DNA from: Monocercomonoides exilis PA203
Lineage: Eukaryota > Protista > Preaxostyla
Length of the DNA stretch: 64,000 nucleotides
Assembly: GCA_001643675.2 (NCBI GenBank)
Contig: LSRY02000068.1
Span: forward strand, 124,001 to 188,000
Direction: 5' to 3'
Below, one piece after another: positions 24,910 through 35,463 of the stretch (positions are counted from its first letter, which is position 1; every line of letters starts with the position of its first letter). Made by a program: the position numbers and the translations under genes. The notes beneath the pieces are model-generated. The model was not told the DNA's origin. It worked only from the letters and a program-made list of their open reading frames with translations, and did not search any database.

Positions 24910-26418
24910 GGCATGATCCGATTATATCGGCACAACCAAAAATGATTTTAATCATTATATTTTGATTTGTTAAATATTATTACAAAAGAATATGCAAATA
25001 AAAATCCTAGGAATTTATTTATTTGAATGAACTTTTGAAGAAAAATATATTCACCCATAATAATTTTAGAAAATTATTTGTATTAAGGGTTCGTATTTTT
25101 TTTGATCTCATGGCACGTGAACGAGACCTTCATGATGAGGAAACCATTTCTTCGCTGAACAAACTCTTCTACGACGAAACAAGCACATGGGAATGGTTCA
25201 AAAGAGAAATAATATCCATGAACCTCCCGATGTGTAGAATTCATAGATGCTATCAACGAATATATCATGATAAGAATTATCACTATTACGCTTGTCCAAA
25301 ATGCGAGATCAAGAAAAGCATTCTTTCAGGAACATCTTTAAGCAGAATAAAGATTGGACTAGGCGTTACTCTTCTGATTTGTTTATATTACTGGCTAGGG
25401 ATTCAAAACAAAACAATTTCTTTGCTTATTTCTGTTGATAAGGACACAGTCGGATACTGGGGAAGTGTGATTCGGTGCGCTTGCTCATAAATGTGGAACG
25501 AAAGACAGCAAGCAATTGGAGGCGAGGGAACAACAGTTGAAATTGATGAAGCAATTTGGCGAAAACGGAAGTACAGGAGAGGAAGAAAGAAAAAGCAAGT
25601 GTGGATTTTCGGAGGGGTGGAAAGATTAGAGGGTGGTGGAGCGGGGAAACTGTTTATGGTCGTCGTGCCAATCAGAAAAAAGGAAACTTTGATGCCAATT
25701 ATCCAGAAACACATAAAAGCTGGAACATTAATTATTTCCGATGAATGGCGTGCTTATTCTTCACAAGAAACAGTTGGATATAAGCATCAAACTGTGTGCC
25801 ACAAAAGACGTTTCAGAGACCCAGAAACTGGTTCGTATACAAATACAATTGAAGGGTTATGGCAACATTTGCGATGCACTTTCCCTCGATTTGGAACAAG
25901 GATCAGACTTATGCATGACTATCTTTCACTGTTTTTGGTGAAATCAACATTTAATTTTACGTTCATTCAATCAATAAAATATCTGTGTTTTGAAAAGGAA
26001 ATTGAACTTGTTCAAATGGAAGAAGAAGCAGAAGAAGAAATCATTGATGAAGACGAGGAGATTCCAGATATGGATGATGTTGTCAATGAAGATAGCGATG
26101 TTGAGTCTGATGAAGATTTCGGAGCAGGAGATGGAGCTAGTGCCTCTGAATATGAGCCTTAAATATTATTCTAATTTGAATAATATCATTTTAAAATGTT
26201 TTTATATATTTTCGAAGCTTTTTAAAAACAAATCAGTCACTTTTTTAATGAAAATTCGAAAATATTTATTTTTGATCAAAAAAGTTTTTTAACATTATTT
26301 TCTCCAAAAACACGTTTCCGCAATTTATCATACTCATATTACTTATGTACAGCATGTATTATTATTATCAGTAAAGTTTCAGAGAAATCTGGGCATACCG
26401 ATATATTCGGATAATGCC
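24910..26418 (+). mobile_element. Merlin / IS1595 (ISXO2-like) DNA transposon, full length, 1509 bp
   Basis: Left TIR GGCATGATCCGATTATATCGG (24910-24930); right TIR 26398-26418 matches 19/21. Perfect 8-bp TSD GCATTTAT at 24902-24909 and 26419-26426. Encloses the transposase ORF. Confidence 0.93.
25110..26162 (+). pseudogene. IS1595/ISXO2-like DDE transposase with one in-frame stop (TAA 25488-25490)
   Basis: Intronless frame with Zn-ribbon-like cysteines (CRIHRC..YACPKC), an HTH-like region (ISVDKDTVGYW), IGGEGTTVEIDEA, WIFGGVER, GTLIISDEWRAY, HQTVCH, TNTIEGLW and an acidic tail. The two track ORFs abut in the same frame. Confidence 0.9.
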
Positions 26419-27501
26419 GCATTTATCTAAGTAATGACAAATTGGAAGTTATCCAATATCAATAATTTGTTTTCAAAAAAACTTACTATATATAATACAC
26501 TTCATGTCAATCGAAAAAACATACACATTAACTTGATTTTGCATGTTTTAACAAAAATGGTGAAATGCAAAAATGCACTTAAATAAATGATTCAAAAAAA
26601 AAAAACGAATAAGTAACAAATACGGAAAATACAGTTGTTTTTGTGAATACAGTGATAAAAACTCGCAACCGCAATCAGTCAACAAAATACGAGCAAAACG
26701 TTGATCGAAAAATAAAAGTTAAAAATTATTAGATCGTTTTTCTGAGAAAGTTTTTTAAAAAAATATTTGACGTACAGCTTAATTTTTATTTGTTTATTGT
26801 TCTTAAGTTATGAAACAGATTTATGAGCTTTAATGAAATGAAGATCATGAAAATAATTTTTGGTGCCAATAAAAAAACTGGTGCCAATAAAAATACTCAC
26901 CTACTAATATTTCATTAATTTTTCACTGCATTGAATCGAAGAATAAATCACTGACAATACCAATAAATTCTAAAAATAGTGGTTATCTCTGAAGAAAATT
27001 CAAAAGTTTGAACCATTCTTTACAAATTTTGAAGTTTTCGAAAATATGTTTATCTACATATGTGATTGTTTTTGAAATCACATTTTTTCATGCAAAATTT
27101 TCGGTTTGAAATTTTCCTTTGAATAGCAACAAAAGAACACAGAAAATGGAAAAGTCATGCAAAAGATATTTTTTTTTTATTTGAGCAAAGGCATTTGTTT
27201 TCAAAACAGTTGTAAATAATTATGCAATTGAAAAGAAAATATTTTCTCAAAAAAATAAACAATCTTTGAAAAAAAAATATTCCGAAAAAAGTTATGTTTC
27301 AAAAATGATAATCAATATATCATTATTCTTATTCGAATAATTGATCCTTTTTTATTCATATTTTTTTGTTCAAAAAGATAATCAGGAATGTTATAATTAT
27401 TTGCATAAAAAGTCGAACGTTTGAAAATTTTTCCCAATTATTGAATGAATGATTCAGGTCATAAAATAACAAATATTTTAATAACTTTCGAATAACACAT
27501 A

Positions 27502-30471
27502 CAATATAAACCGGTAATAATCACATCGGTTTTGCACAACTTTTTGTGACTATATCCGATTGTGACAATATTCGATGCTGCTTTGCACAGAAAAAAATAA
27601 AAATTAATTTATGAAATAATAAATTTTGTGTCGATTTTTTTTTCATTTTTGGAAATTCTACACAAATACACTTTTTTAACTTGCTTGAACAATTTTGATC
27701 ATAAACACACATTATTTTGACTTATTTGAGCACATTTTTGAAAAAGCGAAATTTTTTTAATTTTTGATCAAAAAATCGATTTTTCGGCGAAATATTATCT
27801 AGGTGACAGTCGAATTAGGTGAAATGCATAACATTAAATTTTATATTTGTTGCTTCTTATGTTTATAAAATTACGATTATTGAACGACTCTCACTCCTTA
27901 TCGATCAAGTTTATTTAATTGCAAATAAATTTTTATAATGGGTTGGATCAACATGATGAATTGGTTGTTTCCATATCTTTGAATGGAAAACGAAAAACAC
28001 TTTGCAAGCTCGTATGCGCATATTAATTTTTGATTGTAATTCGTGTTCTGTTTGATATTTTTGGAAAAACATTTTGAACAAAGGAAACAGAAGAAAGGAT
28101 CATTGTTTTTCTGATTTTGTTGGAGATCTGTATAAATAAAAATCAACAGCAAACAAATCGTTTGTCCATTTTACAAATATTTAAATATACTCCTTTTTAA
28201 AATAAATTTATTTGTTATAAACAATTTTGTGCAAAAATAACATTTTCAATCAGAATAGCTGTAGCAATACTAAAAGAAAATAGAAAGTGGAATAAATGAA
28301 TGCATTGATAGATAAAATAATGAAAGAAGTATTTGGTAAGATTCTTTCAAGAGAATTATCAATATTATTTAATAAAATGATTTTGGAAGTCAAAGTGGCA
28401 ATGGATAGTATATTACAATTTTTGATAATGATTTTGTAACATATCTCACTTTTTAGCTTTTTGTTTATTGATTTGAAGAATCTCAGTTGTTTTTGAGCAG
28501 CATTTTGCGAGAGAAGCAACAGCAGAACAGGAAGAGTTCACAAGATGGATAGATTGGAAGAAGAAAGAAGGGTAAATAAGCAAAGAAGAAAAGAAGGAGA
28601 TGATAAGGAAGAAAAAAAGAGAGTAAACGAGAAGGAGGAGAAGATAAAGAAATGTCAAATGAAGCAGTGATTGACAAGTCAATATGGAAGGCAGGAGGTG
28701 CGGGAACAGACAGCTCAGCCAAACGAAACAGAAACAGAGGAAAAGTCGAAGGCGACCGAAGAATAGCAGAAAAGGCGCTGATGTTGTGTTGCACCAGCTG
28801 CTATAAGGAAAGCTTCATTGCTTTGCATTTTTCCATCTTCCAGCGGAACGACAGGTTTTCTTTTTCGCAGGGAAAGCTTTCAAGAAGAAGATGAGGAGGA
28901 GGATTGAAAGAGGAGAATTGGAAGAGAAGGAGAAGGGAAATGGAGATGGACAAATTTAGCTGCTTATTCACTATTAATTTTATTTACGATACTAAATATT
29001 CTTTTTTGATATTTTGTTTATATATATTATTTTTTCCCTCGATTTTACTGTTTTCATTTAACAAAAATAAAGCGAAGGTAATAAAGTATTTGGTTTCCAA
29101 AATGTTTGAAGCCTTAAAGAAAAAATGGAAATGTTGTTTAAGCAATTATCAAATGTTGGTGATGTATTTGTGATTTGTTTCAAACAAAAAAGAATTGGAT
29201 GCTTGTTTATTTTGTTCTCAACAAAAAACAGTTAATTTTGTTTTTATTGAATTTGAAATATAAAAAAAAATCATTGATTGTTTGATCTTGTTCATTTCTT
29301 GAAATAAATCAAAAGTTTATTAACAATAAACAAACTTCTCATAATGACAAACATGAAGCTATTGTTTCAATAATTTTTCATCTCCTACCTTTGTTTCATC
29401 GTTTATCTTCTTTTCCTCTTTCTTCAACACAACTTTCAGAAAGAAGAGCACACGAATTGATAATCAGCTCAAAGTGTAATTATAACCAAGCATTGTGTAG
29501 CATTCGCAAAAATCAGTTGAAGCTTTTTGCTCTTTTCTTTTAATTTTCTTCCAATCTTTGAAAAAAATGATCTCCAAAATTTTCTTTCATTTAGAATCGT
29601 TATAAAATTAATAATATTCTATTTTCATCATTAAGCAATATCCTTTTAACTTATAGAACTCATTTGTACCTCTCAACAATCGTATTTTTATTTTTTAATT
29701 CAAAAAGCTTCTTCAAATTGATAATTCTCTTGAAAGAATCTTACCAAATACTTCTTTCATTATTTTATCTATCAATGCATTCATTTATTCCACTTTCTAT
29801 TTTCTTTTAGTATTGCTACAGCTATTCTGATTGAAAATGTTATTTTTGCACAAAATTGTTTATAACAAATAAATTTATTTTAAAAAGGAGTATATTTAAA
29901 TATTTGTAAAATGGACAAACGATTTGTTTGCTGTTGATTTTTATTTATACAGATCTCCAACAAAATCAGAAAAACAATGATCCTTTCTTCTGTTTCCTTT
30001 GTTCAAAATGTTTTTCCAAAAATATCAAACAGAACACGAATTACAATCAAAAATTAATATGCGCATACGAGCTTGCAAAGTGTTTTTCGTTTTCCATTCA
30101 AAGATATGGAAACAACCAATTCATCATGTTGATCCAACCCATTATAAAAATTTATTTGCAATTAAATAAACTTGATCGATAAGGAGTGAGAGTCGTTCAA
30201 TAATCGTAATTTTATAAACATAAGAAGCAACAAATATAAAATTTAATGTTATGCATTTCACCTAATTCGACTGTCACCTAGATAATATTTCGCCGATTTT
30301 TCATTGAAAAAAGTACCAATACTGAAATAAATTGTGATTATATATTTTCCTCCCTGTGATTACATGCGATGGAAAATGAATGAAAAACAAGCAATAAATG
30401 TCGGTGCATCGAAAAATGTGACAATAAACGAATGTGATTATATTCGACGTGATTATCTCCGGTTTAGACTG
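27502..30471. mobile_element. Old short-TIR non-autonomous element (possibly Tc1/mariner-pogo-like), split by the 578-bp-TIR insertion
   Basis: 27502-27528 CAATATAAACCGGTAATAATCACATCG vs reverse complement of 30445-30471 CAGTCTAAACCGGAGATAATCACGTCG (22/27). TGTGAYWATA-like motifs recur on both sides of the insertion. Confidence 0.5.
27786..30294. mobile_element. Non-autonomous DNA transposon with 578-bp TIRs and 8-bp TSD (Merlin- or Mutator/foldback-like)
   Basis: 27786-28363 is the reverse complement of 29717-30294 (the same 84-aa ORF appears on both strands). Termini GGC...GCC; TSD GATTTTTC at 27778-27785 and 30295-30302. No transposase motifs inside. Confidence 0.92.
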
Positions 30472-31004
30472 AATTTGTTTCCGTTTCAATAAAATGCATT
30501 TCACTTTTTTTGTATAACAATTCAAAAATTCGCAAAATCAATAACAAACTCGAAATATTTATTTGAATAAAAAACTCCCTCATCAATTACAATTAAAAAT
30601 TTTCATTTGAATATTTTTTTCGAAAAAATGTTCTCATTATTGACAAAAAATGAATTCATAATGAAACCAATCAAATTGAATCTCATCACCATTATTCGAA
30701 TGTTTTTGGAAGATATTATTATTACAATACGACCTCTATTCATTCCAGTTTTAACACATTTCGATATATGAAAAGTTGCAATTCATGCGTTAAAAGATGA
30801 AATTATAAAAGAACCATTAAATGGGGTCAAACTTATTCATTTATGAAAAAAACTCCGATTTGTTCCAAACTTTGACTTGAACTCAATCATTATTATTCTT
30901 GCATTCCAATGTCAAAAAAATACAGAAAAATTCTAAAATTGAGAAAAAAAATATGTTTGAAAAGAATGGAATAAAATTCAGAAAAGAAAATATTTCGTCC
31001 CAAA

Positions 31005-31252
31005 TGTCTGTATTTTTTTTTTTTGAAAAGTTCTTATTGTTTAATTTTAAAATAAAATAAAAAATTAATATTTCGATCAAATTTCGGTTCTCACTCACGA
31101 AACTTTACAAAAATGGAAATAATGACATAACCAAGATTTTATTTTCTTAACAGCAAAATTTGGTGATTGGAAACAAAAATTTGATCGAAAGATGAAATTT
31201 TTATTTTTATTTGAAAATTAAACTTAAGAACTTATTCAAAAAATATTAGACA
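31005..31252. repeat. Degenerate inverted repeat / MITE-like hairpin
   Basis: Arms of about 100 bp: TGTCT..TTTGAAAAGTTCTTA..GTTTAATTTT..TTTCGATCAAATTT mirrored by AAATTTGATCGAAA..AAAATTAAAC.TAAGAACTT.TTCAAA..AGACA. Confidence 0.7.
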
Positions 31253-31260
31253 AATAAAAT

Positions 31261-31466
31261 GGCTGATCCTTTTTGAAATCATACTTTCGTTCGAGTTTTG
31301 ATCAGAATTTTTATCTCAGTGGGATAAAGAAAAAATGAACTTAAACTATTCATGCATATTGTTCATGATGTTGTTATTGCAGAAACATATTTTATTCGAA
31401 AATCTCATAGAGAACAAAATTTTGATCAAAACTCGAATAAAAGTGTGTTTTCAAAAAGGAACAGCC
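31261..31466. mobile_element. 206-bp MITE-like hairpin with GGCTG...CAGCC ends
   Basis: GGCTGATCCTTTTTGAAA..TTCGAGTTTTGATCA vs TGATCAAAACTCGAA..TTTCAAAAAGGAACAGCC; no intact TSD. Confidence 0.7.
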
Positions 31467-31864
31467 ATATTTTCATTTCTTTTTCTTTTTCTTTCTTTTG
31501 TTTTTTGAATTTGATACATCCTGTCTGGTGCTTCATAGTTCTTTTTCTTTTTTAATTTGAAAAGTTTGTTCAAAAAGATAAGAAAAAATGAAATGAAAGT
31601 TGCGAAATAAAAAAATGGTAATGTGTGGAGAAATGCTATTGATGTGCTCAATAATAAAAGAAATATAAAAGCTAACATTTCATTGGGAATTTTTAAAACA
31701 AAAATGAAAACAATACAATATTTTGGGAAGAGAGAATGAGGAAATGTTAAACAGTTGTATGAAAGAGCATTGAATACCCGCGTGATAGCAGATGGAACAA
31801 TAGCCTTTTTAATAAAAAGAAAAAGAAAAATCTGCAAATGCAAATTTCATATTTTAGTTGCAAT

Positions 31865-34800
31865 TCACGATTCAAATTTCTCCCATTGTCCGTCTTCGCC
31901 ATTGTCTTCTTCAATTCCAGCCATTACAGAATCAATCTCACCGTCTCCAATATCATCTCCTCTTTCCTGGTTCTTTTCTTCTTCGGGTCTTTCTCCATTT
32001 TCTCCAATTGATTCGTCACTCAGCATTTCATCTTGTTGCATCTTTTGAGGAATTTGCACTTTTTGAGTGTAAAGAAGAGGATCCGGTGACAAATTGTCCT
32101 TTTCTTCTTCACTTCCATCAAAATTTTCGATATTTGCAGATTCTTCTTGCTTCCTAACGTTGTATTCATCTTCTTCTTTGTCCATTTCCGTAAATGACAT
32201 GTTATTGTCTTCTGTCTTGTCTGAAGTATCATTCAGGTTGTATTCATTCGAAACGTTATCATGTTGAATATTATCACTCAATGGAAATGGCTCCTGTCTG
32301 TCTTCGTTATATGCCCTTTGGTCTGATTCTTCAATTCTTTCACTCTCTTCTATTGGTTTATCTTCTTCTTTTCTTTTTTCTTCATCATTCCATCTTTTCC
32401 TCATTCTTTCTTCTTCCTCTTCCTCTTGTCTTCTTCTGTTTTCAGTTTCATTTTGATATCTTTTTTCTTTTTCCCTTTCCGATCTTTCCAACGAAGAGGA
32501 ATTCGAAGAAGGACGAGAGAAACTCTTCTCGTTTCTTTCAAAACTGACATTGCTCCTAACACTTCTCCTGTTATCTCTTCTTTGATCATCCAAATTGTCA
32601 TCAAACTGCACAGCTGGAGAACTCGAAGAGGAGAAAGGCGATGAATTGCGTGACACGGACATAGACAGATTGTCCTTTTGTGATGTTCTCGGGGCAGATG
32701 CGAACGAAGAAATGGGGGCTGTTTTCTCTAATCTTTGAGAAGGAGCAAACGCAGTCGCAGAACCAGTTCGTGTATGTGCTGAATGAATATCACTTTTTGT
32801 GCGATTGTTGGATCTCATTTGACGATGCTCATTTTCTGGTGTGTTTCTGCGTCTTTGGCTCGGCTGGTTGTAGCTGCGTTGTTGTGCTCCTTCTCTCTCA
32901 TCCCCTAAAAAATGCTCGTCTTCATCTTCATTTTGTCTTCCTTCTGGCGAATAATTCGTTCCATAATATCCATCATCACTTCCTCTTCTTCTATCTTCAG
33001 AGTATTCTTGCTCTTCGCTTCTCATCGGCATCCTTTCTCTTCTTTCTCTGCGACTGTCTGCGAAACGACTGTCGCGTCTGGGCATTTTCTCTTCTTCTTC
33101 ATCTTCATATCCATCGAACCTGTCTCTGCTGAATCCACCTCTATTATACCGCTGGTCATTAGCTCCTGCCTCCTCTCGTTCTTCCTCGTATTCTTTTTGT
33201 CTCATCTCAACATTATTTGATGGGGTGTTGCTTCTACTAGACGGTTCTGGTTTTGCCTTTTCTTTTTTGCTTTCTTTTTCTTCTTCACTTTTATCATCAT
33301 CTTTTCCCTTTTCTTTTCTTTTCTTGTCTTTGCCATCAGTTTCGCTATCAGTACTTTCATCATCTGAATCCTTCTTCTTCTTCTTCTTCTTTTTCTTCTT
33401 CTCTTTTTTGCTATCACTTGAGTCTTCGTCTTCTTCTCCCAGCTTTTCTTGCTCTGTCTCTTTGATCTTTTTCTTCAGATTCTTCAGCATTTTCTCCATT
33501 TTCTTGTTCGTCTCAACCATTTCCAGCAGTTCAGGCGCCTGATCCAATTTGAGAGCCTCCAAACGAGCAGCTTTTCTCTGCAGCCGCTCGTTTTCGTCGT
33601 GAAGAACACTGTTTTCGTCAATCAGCGCATTCAGCTCAGCTTTCAGCTCGGCTTCTTCGGCTGTTTCCTGTTGGATCTGTTGCTGAAGTGCATTTGTTTC
33701 ATCCAGAAGAGATTGAGTGGAGGTTGCTTTTGTTGACAGGAAGGCTTGGATTGCAGCAAGCTGTTTCGAATAGCACAAAATGTTTCAAATGATTTATGAA
33801 ATGGCACAAGAAAAATCATATTTAAAAATATATGTGAAAACAGATCGAAAAACGAAAAACAATTGATGCACACCCTTTCATTAATTGATTCTTTTTCAGC
33901 CATGGCAACTCCAAGCTGTGCAATTAACCTTCCTCTTTCTTCTTCATTCTCCTTCTTCTTTTTGTCCTCTTCTTCTGCTTTTCTTTGGATTTTCTTTCTT
34001 TCTTCTGCCTTTCCATTAAATGAATCTTCAGTCCTTTGCTTCTTTTTCTGTGCCTTTTGATATTCATCTTGCAATGCTTGTACAGTTGGCTGAAGCAGCG
34101 AGTGCTCTGTTTGAAGTGCTGAATTCGCTATCTAAAATATGCGCATGATTTTATTACGATACATTTACAACAACACAAAAAAATAGATGTTATAAATTAA
34201 AACATGTGAAAAATTGGTACATTAATTGCGATGAAAGAGAATAACACTCATTTGTAATCAAACCAAAGTTTTTGCGAGTGCTTCAGAGCTTCTTTTTATT
34301 TGCTCCTCAATTGTTGATACTTCGATCTCTCTTTGTTTGAGTGTCAGCTCATTCTGCCTTGTTTTCGTCTCCAGCCTTCGGATCTCCTCTTCCAGCATTT
34401 CCTTCTCGCGGGAAAATTCAGATCTGCTTCCTTCGCATTCGCTAAGCTTCACATTCAAGTCGTAGATAGACGATTCTATCTTGTTTTTCTGTTGAAGCAA
34501 AGGTTGAAGCTGAGACTAAAAGGATAAGAAATCAATAAAAATTGTCGTTATATTTTTGAAAACAATGCATTTTAGGTGAAAACAAAATAAAACAAGTCGT
34601 TTTCTTCATACATCCTTTTCTTTTAATTGTTTATTGTTATCTTCAATCTCTTTCGATAGATCAGATATTTTTTCGTTCTCCTCATCAATTAATTTCTGCA
34701 ATTTTTCCAAAGTGGACTTTACAGTTTTCAATTCTTCATCTTTTAAAGCAAGCGTAAATTCAAGACTTGCAATTTCCTGTGCCAATGGCTTTTTTTCTTC

Positions 34801-35359
34801 TTCACATGCTTCTCTAGCCAAACGTGCAGTTTCCTTTTCTGTTGCAACAATCTGTTCCAAATCTTGCTGAGCTTTTAACAAATTCTCTTTATCGGCTGTT
34901 AGCTTGTCAATTTGCTCTTGAAGCCTCTATTTAATGTAAATTTACGAAAAATTATAATCTAATTTTCAAATATTTAAAAAAAGAAATAAAAACTTTTTGC
35001 TCTTCTTGAGTATCAAGCTCAAGTTTTTGATAAAGTCTTCGAAGCTCTCTCATCGTTGGATCAACTTCAACATCGTCATCATCACCACTCGTCAAAAAAT
35101 TACCTCTTCTTTCTGATTGCCCTGAAGCAATCTTTTCTTTCAATAGTTTTGTCTCCATCTCCAATAAATGAATTTGACCTTGCAAATTTGCGATAAACTG
35201 TTGCGTTGCTAACTCTTCTTGATTTTTTTCTTGTTGAGGTGTGGCTGACCTTGCTCTAGGAGTTGATGTTAATGTTTGGCCTCTTTTCGCGCTTAAAGGC
35301 CGCGAATGAATTGGCCTAAACAACGAAGAACTTTGAGGCGATTTTCTCCCTCGTATCAT
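31865..35359 (-). CDS. Multi-exon coiled-coil protein with charged low-complexity C-terminus
   Basis: Consecutive heptad-rich ORFs (34952-35359, 34606-34881, 34258-34500, 33643-34074, 31865-33778) separated by short AT-rich introns. Confidence 0.75.
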
Positions 35360-35463
35360 TCAGATGTAGACCCTTGTTTTATTCCAAAACGAATAGAAAC
35401 AATTTACAAAAATTTGAATTCCCCATAATTAGAGAGCTTTTATTTTTGATTTTATTTTAAAAA

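Larger units (their letters stand above)
24395..26897. mobile_element. Foldback-type element with ~340-bp TIRs, hosting the Merlin insertion
   Basis: 24395-24736 is the reverse complement of 26558-26897 apart from a T14/A12 run length. Degenerate similarity continues about 40 bp further in. Tandem TTATTGGCACCA near each end. No convincing TSD, so the exact termini are uncertain by a few bp. Confidence 0.85.

Noticed and set aside
25488-25490. Genome-wide alternative genetic code (TAA/TAG = Gln)
   Set aside because: NOP14, V-ATPase D, cyclophilin and RAD6 end at TAA at the expected positions, and long ORFs have no internal TAR codons.
24395-26897. Treating the 340-bp inverted repeats as the TIRs of the Merlin transposase
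   Set aside because: The inner 21-bp TIRs with a perfect 8-bp TSD define the Merlin boundaries; the long repeats lack GG ends and a TSD.
27898-30182. Duplicated identical 84-aa ORFs (27898-28152 on -, 29928-30182 on +)
   Set aside because: Non-ATG start and AT-rich; the duplication is simply a consequence of the 578-bp TIRs.
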